IMG/VR virus record: IMGVR_UViG_3300028559_000054
Span: 1 to 52,391 of that record
DNA: 52,391 nucleotides
Reading direction: 5' to 3' (one strand)
From: a virus
Lineage: Duplodnaviria > Caudoviricetes
Below are positions 28,054-36,481 of the stretch, one piece after another (positions within the stretch are counted from its first letter, which is position 1; every line of letters starts with the position of its first letter). The position numbers were made by a program, and so were the translations under genes. The notes under the pieces are model-generated. The model was not told the origin of the DNA. It saw only the letters and a program-made list of their open reading frames with translations, and made no database searches.

Positions 28054-29979
28054 TTATCCTTTTAAATCAAATTGAATTTTCGTTTTACCGTTATGAATAT
28101 AATCTAATATTCTTTGGGTTCCAATAAATGGTAAAAATGCAATCTCGAAATATCCTTTGTGATCTCCCATTCCTTCTAGCCATAGTAATTCATCCATTTG
28201 AGGTATGTATTGAATAATTTTATGAATTGATGGATGACCTTTTAGTATATCAAAATATTCTTGTTTTACTGCCACATATAAATTATAGTCTGGATATTGT
28301 TTTTTGATATTATCAAAAAGCGCACTAGACATATATATGTCTCCTATAGATTCAGGAATAACATATAATATTCTTTTACCTTCGTCATCTTTGTCTAATA
28401 AATCACTAAAATCTATTTTTTTACTCTTCTCATTTTCTTGAGCAGCAATTTTTCTAAAATAATTTTCAATATCTTGGCGTTTTGCGCCTTTTGATATTTC
28501 TTGCATCCAGTATTTATGACCATCATCTTGATTATTTATTTGTTTCATTTTCAAAATATTATGATACATATATATAAGCCATTCTGAATCATCTTTTATG
28601 TCTGGTATTTGTGCAAAAGAATCTTTTTCTTCTCCGCCCATAGGAAAACTATAATCTGCAAAATCTGCTGAATCTATAAACTCTTCTATTTTTTTACCAA
28701 TATTTTCTACTGAAAAATTTTCTATTGTCCATTCTCTAGCTTTCTTACCCATATCTCTTCTTTTTTGCATTGGCATGTTGTATACTTTATTTAATTGTTT
28801 TGCTATAGAGTTAGGCTTCGTTGAGGCTTTAATAAATTCTGTGCCATGCTCTCTATACTCTGCCCATTCAAGTGGGAAACTATAAGCCTCGTCTTTACAC
28901 ATTTCTTCTCCACAACTATAATTTGTTACAAGAGTAATCAATTCTGTTAGTTTAGCTTCTTGTATAGGAATTTCCTGACCTCCACTTGTAAATGGGTGGC
29001 AATAAACGTCCATAAAATTATAAACTTCATTTAATTGTTTTTCTGAAACGCCAAGACCAACACTTGTTGTTGTTTGGCATTTTTCTCCACCGCAAAATCT
29101 ACAATTTACATCTTGCCCATGAAATGGTTTGATTTCGTAATTATGACAATTTTTACAAATATATGTAGTCAATATTTCTTTTAAATCTATATTGTATTCT
29201 TGAGCTAATTTATGTATGTTCCACCCCTCACTCCAATAAGTATGTAAAAGTAAAAATGTATTTTTAATTTGTGGATTTGATTTTTTCCATAGAGCATATC
29301 CTTCTAATAAATTTGGAACACTTTTTCTTAATTGATTTCTAAATACAAACCCAGTAATAAATGCATCTTGTGGAATATTAAATGCCGCTCTTAGCTTTGC
29401 TCTCTCTCCATTTTCTAGTCTAAAAAAACTAGAAGCCTCTAATGGCCCATGCATGGTTTTTACATGATCATGCCCAAGTCTATGCAATTCTTGAGTAGCA
29501 AAATCACTCCATATCCAATAATTTTTAATCTTAGGAGCTTTTTCTACAGCGCTTGGAAGGATAGGTAAAGAGTCTAGAGTAGTCCAAATTACAGAACTTA
29601 TTTTATCAAACCAATTTTTATCAATAGCAAAGTCTATACCCCAAATATCTTGAACAGCAATATAAACATCTGGTTTTTCTTGTTCTATAAATTTATCTAA
29701 ATTATACGCGCCATAACTTGCTAATCTAGCTAAATTTGGGTCTCGATTTAATTTCTCTATTTCTCTTGGATCGTCTGGTAGAGTTCCAATTGATTTCCAT
29801 GGTGTCTTTTTTAATTCTGGGTTTGAATATTGAATCCCACAGCAATAATTAACTATATCATATTTGCCAGTCTTATGTAAATAGGACAAAAGAGCTCTTG
29901 TAGCTCTGCCAAAACCTGTTTTGGCCAAACTATAATCCGACTGATAGAATAATTTCTTTTTCCTAGACACAATTACCAA
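28054..29979 (-). CDS. multidomain glycosyltransferase (GT4-like + Zn ribbon + DUF4214-like + GT9 N-domain)
   Basis: TGFG, RNQLRK and SGGQEIPIQEA GT-B motifs; CKNC/CRFC; C-terminal ILYVIPESIGD. Confidence 0.75.
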   Translation of the reverse strand: MVIVSRKKKLFYQSDYSLAKTGFGRATRALLSYLHKTGKYDIVNYCCGIQYSNPELKKTPWKSIGTLPDDPREIEKLNRDPNLARLASYGAYNLDKFIEQEKPDVYIAVQDIWGIDFAIDKNWFDKISSVIWTTLDSLPILPSAVEKAPKIKNYWIWSDFATQELHRLGHDHVKTMHGPLEASSFFRLENGERAKLRAAFNIPQDAFITGFVFRNQLRKSVPNLLEGYALWKKSNPQIKNTFLLLHTYWSEGWNIHKLAQEYNIDLKEILTTYICKNCHNYEIKPFHGQDVNCRFCGGEKCQTTTSVGLGVSEKQLNEVYNFMDVYCHPFTSGGQEIPIQEAKLTELITLVTNYSCGEEMCKDEAYSFPLEWAEYREHGTEFIKASTKPNSIAKQLNKVYNMPMQKRRDMGKKAREWTIENFSVENIGKKIEEFIDSADFADYSFPMGGEEKDSFAQIPDIKDDSEWLIYMYHNILKMKQINNQDDGHKYWMQEISKGAKRQDIENYFRKIAAQENEKSKKIDFSDLLDKDDEGKRILYVIPESIGDIYMSSALFDNIKKQYPDYNLYVAVKQEYFDILKGHPSIHKIIQYIPQMDELLWLEGMGDHKGYFEIAFLPFIGTQRILDYIHNGKTKIQFDLKG

Positions 29980-30515
29980 AGTTCGCCATCGTCATTGTCT
30001 TCTGATGGTTTCTCATTTTGCGCTGGTTTTGAATTTTTAATCTTTTTAATGTTTTCGATTCTTTGACAATCAAAAACTGTACTAAGAGAGTACGATAAAA
30101 ATTCTCTCAAAAGTCTTGCTTCGTTACTATAGAACCCAATCAAGTAGGATTGTTTATTTTCTATATTATCTTTACTCTCTTTATTTACAGAGTATGAAAA
30201 TCCAACTTGCTTGCCGTCTTTAATATAAGGCCCAAATTTAATTTTTGTAATTTGTTTATCTGAAGAATGATATGCTGAAAATTCAACATTCTTATCTAAG
30301 GATTCTAGTAATGCTGCTACTTCTGTTAATGAATACTTAATTCTAGCACTTTTTTGTGGATCATCTTTATTATCTATAAATGAACCTGTTTTTGTTCCTT
30401 CGTTCCAAGAACTTTGTTTGATTAACGAACTCCATATCGAACTATCTTTTGGATTTACACTGAAACTACAAGCTGTTCCACTACTTTTACTATTTGGTTT
30501 ATAAAATGATATCAT
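29973..30515 (-). CDS. putative single-stranded DNA-binding protein, Whirly/PC4-like
   Basis: two beta-sheet+helix repeats, acidic aromatic tail EDNDDGELW, next to the polymerase. Confidence 0.55.
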   Translation of the reverse strand: MISFYKPNSKSSGTACSFSVNPKDSSIWSSLIKQSSWNEGTKTGSFIDNKDDPQKSARIKYSLTEVAALLESLDKNVEFSAYHSSDKQITKIKFGPYIKDGKQVGFSYSVNKESKDNIENKQSYLIGFYSNEARLLREFLSYSLSTVFDCQRIENIKKIKNSKPAQNEKPSEDNDDGELW

Positions 30516-30522
30516 ATCTCTA

Positions 30523-30551
30523 ATGATATTAGTTATTTATTATAATGTCAA
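30523..30551 (-). promoter_or_regulatory. sigma70-type promoter
   Basis: TTGACA-17-TATCAT, 7 nt before the ATG. Confidence 0.8.
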
Positions 30552-33136
30552 GTATTTTTATCTATCTTTTTTAAATCATTTAATTTCATGTATATCTCAT
30601 GGTCTTGAACGGCTATTAGGTCACCAAATATACAATCATCTCTTTTAGAACCCTTGACTATAACAATGTTTCCTTCTTCAAAATTTCTATTATTTAATAA
30701 TTTATTTGTCTCAATATTATCATTGAATATTAATACGCTAATTGTATTAGTTTCATCTGATACTTTTAGTCTGACATATCTTGTCTTTTTTGCATTTTTA
30801 GATATCCCAGAAAATACTTCTTCTATCTGACCGACTAAAACTACTTTGGAATTTACTGGCTCATCTAATACATCTGATACATATTTAAGATTCTCTCTCT
30901 TTTCAGCAAAGATGTCTTTAAGACTTTTATTATAAGTATACCCTAAGAGTTTCTTTTCGTAATACCAATTAGCAAAGCTTTCGCTTTTGTTGTTTTGTTC
31001 ATATATACTTAAATATGGCGTATACTTTTCTTTAATAGTTTCTAATCTATTGTCTTTAATTACTGCTTTATTTTTCTCATCTGTGAATTTATTAAGATGT
31101 TTAATGATTTTAATTAGATCATAGTCAAATTTATCTGCAAATGATATAGCGTATTTTTTCTCTTTAGAGGTCAGCATGTTCCATAGTTGGACTTCTAATA
31201 CTATTTTGCTTCTTGATTGATTAAAACCACTGAGGGCTCCAGCTTGAATTAATGCAGATAATGCTCCAATATTTAATCCAGCTTCTTCTGCGGCTTCAAA
31301 TATTTCAAATTTATTAGAATATTTATTTCTGAAACTATTTAGTTTTTCTATTGATTTATCGCTAATCCCTTTGATTGATAATAAGCCAAATCTAATATCC
31401 TTATCCTCGATTGAGAAATCCATTTCTGATTTAATAATGTGCGGAGGAAGAAGCTTGATACCAAAATTATGCATTTCTTTTTGGATCTTAGATATTTCTC
31501 CAATTGGATCTGGTTCATTCCTACTCATCTTTAATAATGATAAAAAGAATTGTTGAGGATAATTGAACTTAAGATAAATTGTAATTGCTGCTAATCCAGC
31601 ATAAGCGATAGAATGTGATTTATTAAAGGAGTAATTAGCGGAGTCTTCAAGAATCTTCCATAGAATTTCACTAACTTCTTTTGGAATTTTATTCTGTTTA
31701 CATTTTTGATCAATCTTTTGTTGCCAAGCTTTAATCTCTTCAGTTTTCTTTTTACCTACAATTCTTCTTAAGATTTCTGCTTCATCTAAAGTAAAGCCAA
31801 TCTTATTCGCCATTTTCATTAATTGCTCTTGATACAAAGCAACTCCGCCAGTTTCTTTTAAAATTTCATCAAAGAACGGATGAATACTTTCTGATTGTTG
31901 ATAATTTGTATGAGCTGCATATTTATCTACGAATTGAAGTGCTCCAGGTCTAGCTAAAGCAAGAACACCACTAAGTTCTTCTAGATTTTTTGGTTTAACT
32001 TTTTGACATACTCTAAAATTAGTTTCTGCTTCAATTTGAAATAAACCATGTGGTGATTTTAAATCTTGTAAATTTCTATAAATAGATTCATGATTTAAAT
32101 CAATATCTTCTATTTTTATCTTAATGCTCTTGCAAACATTATCTACTACAGAAACACTTCTTAACCCAAGGATGTCTAGCTTTATATTAAAAACACTTGC
32201 CCAATTCATATCAAAACTAGATACTACTTCTTTATCTGAAGAAAATTCTGTTGGACATATAGTTTCTAGATCATAATAAGAAAGTAATACACCAGAAGGA
32301 TGAACTCCTTTATTCTTAATTAAGTCTCTTAATTTAAGAGCGATTTGATATGCTTCTTTATTTTGATCACACCAATCTTTAAATTGCTCAACTTCTTGAT
32401 AAGCTTCTGAAATATCCTTAACTTGACCATAAGTCTTAGGAATCAAAGAAGAGATCATTGTCATTTCTTGCTCTGGTTTTTCGGCAACAATTTTACCACA
32501 TTCTTTAATAAGCAATTTTCCACTTAAACTATTAAAGGTTAATATTTTACTAGTTTTGCCTTTGAACTTGTTTTCTAAATATTGCAGGACTTTTTGACGA
32601 TTATAATAACAAATATCTAAATCTACGTCACACATCAAACTACCATCTAGATAAGTCACCCCATCAACAACCTGCTTTTTAGCGCGAATCTTGGATATAA
32701 ATCTTTCAAAATAGAGGTCATATTTGACTGGATCGATCCTAGTAACGCCTACCAAGTATAATATCAAAGACCCAGCCGCTGAACCTCTACCTAAACCTAT
32801 TGGAATATCACTAGTTTTACAAAAATCAATAACATCCCATACTAATAATATATAATCAATAAAACCCAATTCTTTTAAAGTATCTAATTCATGTTTTGCT
32901 CTATCAACATACTTCTTATAATTTTTATCAGATTTATTAATATTTAAAGTTTTAAACCCATTTAATGCTAAAGCTCTTAAAAAATCATAATTCGATGAAT
33001 CTTCGCTTATCCCTAAATGTCTTTTAGAGGCCAAATCAATTTCAAACTCTGGTAATCTAACTCCATGAATATCTAACTCTGCACCCTCAAATTTATCCGA
33101 AAAATCTTTTATATCAGAGTAATTATCAGTCTTCAT
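30548..33136 (-). CDS. dnaE: DNA polymerase III alpha core (family C) lacking the PHP domain
   Basis: GRGSAAGS, FERF, DVDLD, HPSGV, KLDILG, YQEQ, YSFNKSH motifs and C-terminal OB fold. Confidence 0.95.
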   Translation of the reverse strand: MKTDNYSDIKDFSDKFEGAELDIHGVRLPEFEIDLASKRHLGISEDSSNYDFLRALALNGFKTLNINKSDKNYKKYVDRAKHELDTLKELGFIDYILLVWDVIDFCKTSDIPIGLGRGSAAGSLILYLVGVTRIDPVKYDLYFERFISKIRAKKQVVDGVTYLDGSLMCDVDLDICYYNRQKVLQYLENKFKGKTSKILTFNSLSGKLLIKECGKIVAEKPEQEMTMISSLIPKTYGQVKDISEAYQEVEQFKDWCDQNKEAYQIALKLRDLIKNKGVHPSGVLLSYYDLETICPTEFSSDKEVVSSFDMNWASVFNIKLDILGLRSVSVVDNVCKSIKIKIEDIDLNHESIYRNLQDLKSPHGLFQIEAETNFRVCQKVKPKNLEELSGVLALARPGALQFVDKYAAHTNYQQSESIHPFFDEILKETGGVALYQEQLMKMANKIGFTLDEAEILRRIVGKKKTEEIKAWQQKIDQKCKQNKIPKEVSEILWKILEDSANYSFNKSHSIAYAGLAAITIYLKFNYPQQFFLSLLKMSRNEPDPIGEISKIQKEMHNFGIKLLPPHIIKSEMDFSIEDKDIRFGLLSIKGISDKSIEKLNSFRNKYSNKFEIFEAAEEAGLNIGALSALIQAGALSGFNQSRSKIVLEVQLWNMLTSKEKKYAISFADKFDYDLIKIIKHLNKFTDEKNKAVIKDNRLETIKEKYTPYLSIYEQNNKSESFANWYYEKKLLGYTYNKSLKDIFAEKRENLKYVSDVLDEPVNSKVVLVGQIEEVFSGISKNAKKTRYVRLKVSDETNTISVLIFNDNIETNKLLNNRNFEEGNIVIVKGSKRDDCIFGDLIAVQDHEIYMKLNDLKKIDKNT

Positions 33137-33353
33137 TTTCGTCTTCCTCTTGCTCTTTTGAAATTTTATCTATTTCTTCGTTAAAAACATGTAAGCCTTT
33201 TGCCAATATTTTCATGGAGGCTTTGTCTTTTAAACTGTAAAATACATCGGCTTTACCTTGTTTCTTGCCTTTCTCTACGGTTATAAGAAGATATTCTATA
33301 TCATAGTCTTCTAACTTTTGTATAGTATCATAAATATTGTCTAATGAGCCCAT
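33126..33353 (-). CDS. small acidic hypothetical protein
   Basis: 75 aa, between the exonuclease and polymerase genes. Confidence 0.65.
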   Translation of the reverse strand: MGSLDNIYDTIQKLEDYDIEYLLITVEKGKKQGKADVFYSLKDKASMKILAKGLHVFNEEIDKISKEQEEDENED

Positions 33354-33354
33354 T

Positions 33355-33993
33355 TTATATCTCTACCTGCCATTTTAATTTATTCCATACTTTTAAATTT
33401 AAATCAAGATCATTTATTGCATCGTGAAGACTTTCATAATCGTGCTCTATGCCATTTTCTTTACCCAGAAAAGTTAAAGAGCTTTTAACGTTCTTCTTTC
33501 TAGTATTAAGAATTTTATATTGATACTCAAGTAAATCATCTTTAGGAGTATAAATAGAATTATATTTTATGCCCCTAGCTACAGCATTAGTGTCTATGAT
33601 TTTATTCATTAATCCTTTCCAAGTCGATCCCATAGCTTTATAATATTCTTTTATAAGATAAATGTCAAATCCTAAAATATTGTGTCCAATTATATAATCT
33701 GCATGACCGAGCCAATCTTTTATGGTAGGAAATACCTCTTTTGGATCAAAGCCTTCTTTTTGCACTTTTCTATGATCGTATCTTGTGATTCTCGCAGCAT
33801 CTTCACTTATCTTTAAGTCTGTATCCCATTTTAAATAAAAATTCTTCTGGTCTATCTTCTTATCGCCTTTGACTTTTATCATTGCTATCTGCCAAGGAAT
33901 ATTATGACAAAAATTAAGACAAAGATTAAATGTTTCGCAATCTATAAAAACTATAGTTTTATCTTTATCGTATCTTAATAGATGCTCGTCCAT
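33355..33993 (-). CDS. DEDDh 3'-5' exonuclease (DnaQ-like)
   Basis: ExoI DCET, ExoII GHNILGFD, ExoIII HDAIND. Confidence 0.9.
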   Translation of the reverse strand: MDEHLLRYDKDKTIVFIDCETFNLCLNFCHNIPWQIAMIKVKGDKKIDQKNFYLKWDTDLKISEDAARITRYDHRKVQKEGFDPKEVFPTIKDWLGHADYIIGHNILGFDIYLIKEYYKAMGSTWKGLMNKIIDTNAVARGIKYNSIYTPKDDLLEYQYKILNTRKKNVKSSLTFLGKENGIEHDYESLHDAINDLDLNLKVWNKLKWQVEI

Positions 33994-34740
33994 TTAGCTC
34001 CTTTTATTAATACTCTCAAAACAAAATTCATTGCTTGACATATGATCTAAATTAGGCTTAGATAAAATACTTCTATTGTTAATACACCTAAAGGTTAGAT
34101 AAGCTTTAAAATCTTCTCTTAAATTATAGAAAATGCTTTGAGCTTTATATATTTTGAGGCCATTCTTTTCTGCAAAAGATACAGCCTTTTCTTTTACTAG
34201 TGAATCAAATGGTAAATCATTATCTTCTATAAAGAAGATGGGTTTCGTAAAATCAAATTGCGGAATACAAAGACTATTTTTAAGAGTGTTATTGAATATA
34301 AAAGAATCATAAAAAGGTATACATAAAATTAAATCATCAGTCCAATTTTTAGAAATTGTCTCGTAGTCTAATCTCGGTTCATAATAAAACCCTTCTTTCG
34401 CTGCTATACTATAAAGCTTTGTTAATTGCTGGTATCCTTTTTTGTTTTTAAAGAATAAAATTATCTTTGAGGACTTGGTCTTAGATTCTTCAGATTTATC
34501 ACTCATTGATTCTGTAACAGATATTCTTAACCCGTAATTCAATTTGATTTTATTTTTACGACAATTAGAGTAAGCTTCAAGAAATGAAGACATATTATCC
34601 TCTACTAGATAAAGTTCTTTCATTTTGTTTTGTTTGCAAATTTGGATGATAGAATCTGGATAATCATCTTTTTCATCTTTATCTTCAAGAGTCAAAATAG
34701 ATCTTCCCAAAGAGTAGTGAGATTTGAATAACGGTATCAT
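33994..34740 (-). CDS. stand-alone PHP domain of Pol III alpha
   Basis: PLFKSHYS start, KLNYGLRI, LFFKNKKGYQQLTKLYS and GFYYEPRLD match the DnaE N-terminus. Confidence 0.85.
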   Translation of the reverse strand: MIPLFKSHYSLGRSILTLEDKDEKDDYPDSIIQICKQNKMKELYLVEDNMSSFLEAYSNCRKNKIKLNYGLRISVTESMSDKSEESKTKSSKIILFFKNKKGYQQLTKLYSIAAKEGFYYEPRLDYETISKNWTDDLILCIPFYDSFIFNNTLKNSLCIPQFDFTKPIFFIEDNDLPFDSLVKEKAVSFAEKNGLKIYKAQSIFYNLREDFKAYLTFRCINNRSILSKPNLDHMSSNEFCFESINKRS

Positions 34741-34747
34741 TTATACT

Positions 34748-34776
34748 AAGTTAACACCAATTTTATAAAAAATCAA
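34748..34776 (-). promoter_or_regulatory. sigma70-type promoter
   Basis: TTGATT-17-TAACTT, 7 nt before the ATG. Confidence 0.6.
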
Positions 34777-34831
34777 TCTAAAAACTATCTTTCTTTGTGT
34801 TCTTTTGTTTATTGTTGAATTTTGGGTATCC
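34771..34831 (-). pseudogene. relic 3' end of the PD-(D/E)xK nuclease gene
   Basis: reads GYPKFNNKQKNTKKDSF*, versus the live C-terminus GCPKFKNQVKKKDDFLE*. Confidence 0.7.
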
Positions 34832-34841
34832 TTAATATTTT

Positions 34842-35510
34842 TTACTGTAAGGGCGTCTCTGCACTAGTAGTTATATTCAAACTAGAAATCTTTTTAATAA
34901 AATCTTCTGGGACTTTATTTTCTTCGTATTGCCTAAACCATTTTGTTAGTATATATTTTTTTCCACTTAACACTGGTCTTCCAGCATGTAAAGCTAAACG
35001 ATTTCCTGTTCCGTCTTCATTAAGGTTCTTCCATATTACTGCCATTCCAGTTTTCGGTTTAAATTTAATATTTAATGTTTTAAACTCTGTTTCCCCGCCC
35101 TCTAAATCGTCATTCAAATAGACCATAAAAGTATGACTTCTGTTTCCTTGTTTTTCGACGTATGTTTTTGCGTTTGTTTCAAACCAATCGAAATGATCTT
35201 TGAACTCTTGCCCTACTTCATACCTTTGTCCTTGTAGAACTTCGGTTTTTGTTTTAGGTATATTTAAAACTTCTGACATCTTATTGTTAATTTGGATGAT
35301 CAATGAATGTCTATTTTCTTGCAAAAAACTAGTATAGGAAGTCCTATTTTCTTCTACTCTAGAAAATTCTCTTGGGTTCTCGGATGCCGTTGCAGATCTC
35401 ACAGCGTCCTTATCTATTAATTCGATTAACACTTTACATTCATCTTTATTTAGGAAGTTGTCTATAGTAAACATCTCTATACCACTTTTTTGAATTATTT
35501 TTGCTATCAT
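34842..35510 (-). CDS. 2OG-Fe(II) oxygenase, prolyl 4-hydroxylase-like
   Basis: RTS, YEVGQEFKDHFD, TFMVYLND...GGET, LHAG...K motifs. Confidence 0.9.
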   Translation of the reverse strand: MIAKIIQKSGIEMFTIDNFLNKDECKVLIELIDKDAVRSATASENPREFSRVEENRTSYTSFLQENRHSLIIQINNKMSEVLNIPKTKTEVLQGQRYEVGQEFKDHFDWFETNAKTYVEKQGNRSHTFMVYLNDDLEGGETEFKTLNIKFKPKTGMAVIWKNLNEDGTGNRLALHAGRPVLSGKKYILTKWFRQYEENKVPEDFIKKISSLNITTSAETPLQ

Positions 35511-35517
35511 ATAATAT

Positions 35518-35546
35518 ATTATATAAAAAACTTAATTTATTCTAAA
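35518..35546 (-). promoter_or_regulatory. sigma70-type promoter with weak -35
   Basis: TTTAGA-17-TATAAT, 7 nt before the ATG. Confidence 0.5.
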
Positions 35547-36481
35547 AAATCATCCTTTTTTTTAACTTGATTTTTGAATTTTGGGCAACCATCATAACTT
35601 CTAGTCTCTATCTTAAATCCTTTAATATCTTTGAAATTGTTTTCAAGACTTGTTTCAACTATTTCATTTTTTTCATTCAATTTAACATAATATTCATATG
35701 AATCTTTGTATGGGCATTTCCAACCACCTATTTGACACATCCATTTATTTTTATCATTATCTACTGCGAAATTAGCTTTAGCCGATTCTTCATTAAATTT
35801 ATTAATATAATCATTAATATGCTCAAGATAATGCTCAAATCCTTTAATTTGTTCGTCCGTGAATACTAATTCTTGAATTGGCTGTTTTGGAAATCTTAAA
35901 AATAAGAATTTAACAATAGGCTTTAATTTTGGCCATAGCTTCTTACTGGCTAAACTATACATCATAGCTTGAATATTAGCTTCAAGGTCATCACCCCTAA
36001 ACTTGTATTTGGAGCTTTTGTAGTCGATTATATGCATTTCTTTTTTGATTTTAATGGGCTTATCTATAAAACCCTTGATATGATATTTAGGTTCTTCATT
36101 TGCAATATCAAAATCATACTCTGGCTTAACTATTTCTCCACCTTCTCCAAAGAAATCATTCTTAAGACCAACCAAAATCATATCATTTAATAGTTTATAA
36201 TTACTTTCATCTAGTTTAACTTTTGCTGATAGTTTTTTAACTAGCTTATCTACTCCTTTATCTCCATCAATAGCATTCTTTTTTATTATTCTTTTATAAT
36301 TTTTAAGATGTCTTTTATTTAATAATAATTCAAAAATGGTGTGGCAAATGGTACCACGATCACTTCCATCATTAGATCTTTGTGGAACTTTAGTATGATA
36401 GTTATTCCAGTAAACCCAAGAACAAGTTTCAAGAGTTTTAATTCTAGATGCCGATAATGTTTTTAGAGATTGTTTTTCCAT
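35537..36481 (-). CDS. PD-(D/E)xK exonuclease (RecB/Cas4-like)
   Basis: LSASRI...C, GTICH, GFID, IIDYKS, Q...Y and C-terminal cysteines. Confidence 0.85.
   Translation of the reverse strand: MEKQSLKTLSASRIKTLETCSWVYWNNYHTKVPQRSNDGSDRGTICHTIFELLLNKRHLKNYKRIIKKNAIDGDKGVDKLVKKLSAKVKLDESNYKLLNDMILVGLKNDFFGEGGEIVKPEYDFDIANEEPKYHIKGFIDKPIKIKKEMHIIDYKSSKYKFRGDDLEANIQAMMYSLASKKLWPKLKPIVKFLFLRFPKQPIQELVFTDEQIKGFEHYLEHINDYINKFNEESAKANFAVDNDKNKWMCQIGGWKCPYKDSYEYYVKLNEKNEIVETSLENNFKDIKGFKIETRSYDGCPKFKNQVKKKDDFLE

Noticed and set aside
33126-34740. Split intein or intron joining the polymerase pieces
   Set aside because: No intein terminal motifs and no non-coding gap
35537-36481. Cas4-like nuclease as part of a CRISPR system
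   Set aside because: No array or other cas genes; solo nucleases of this type are common in phage replication modules
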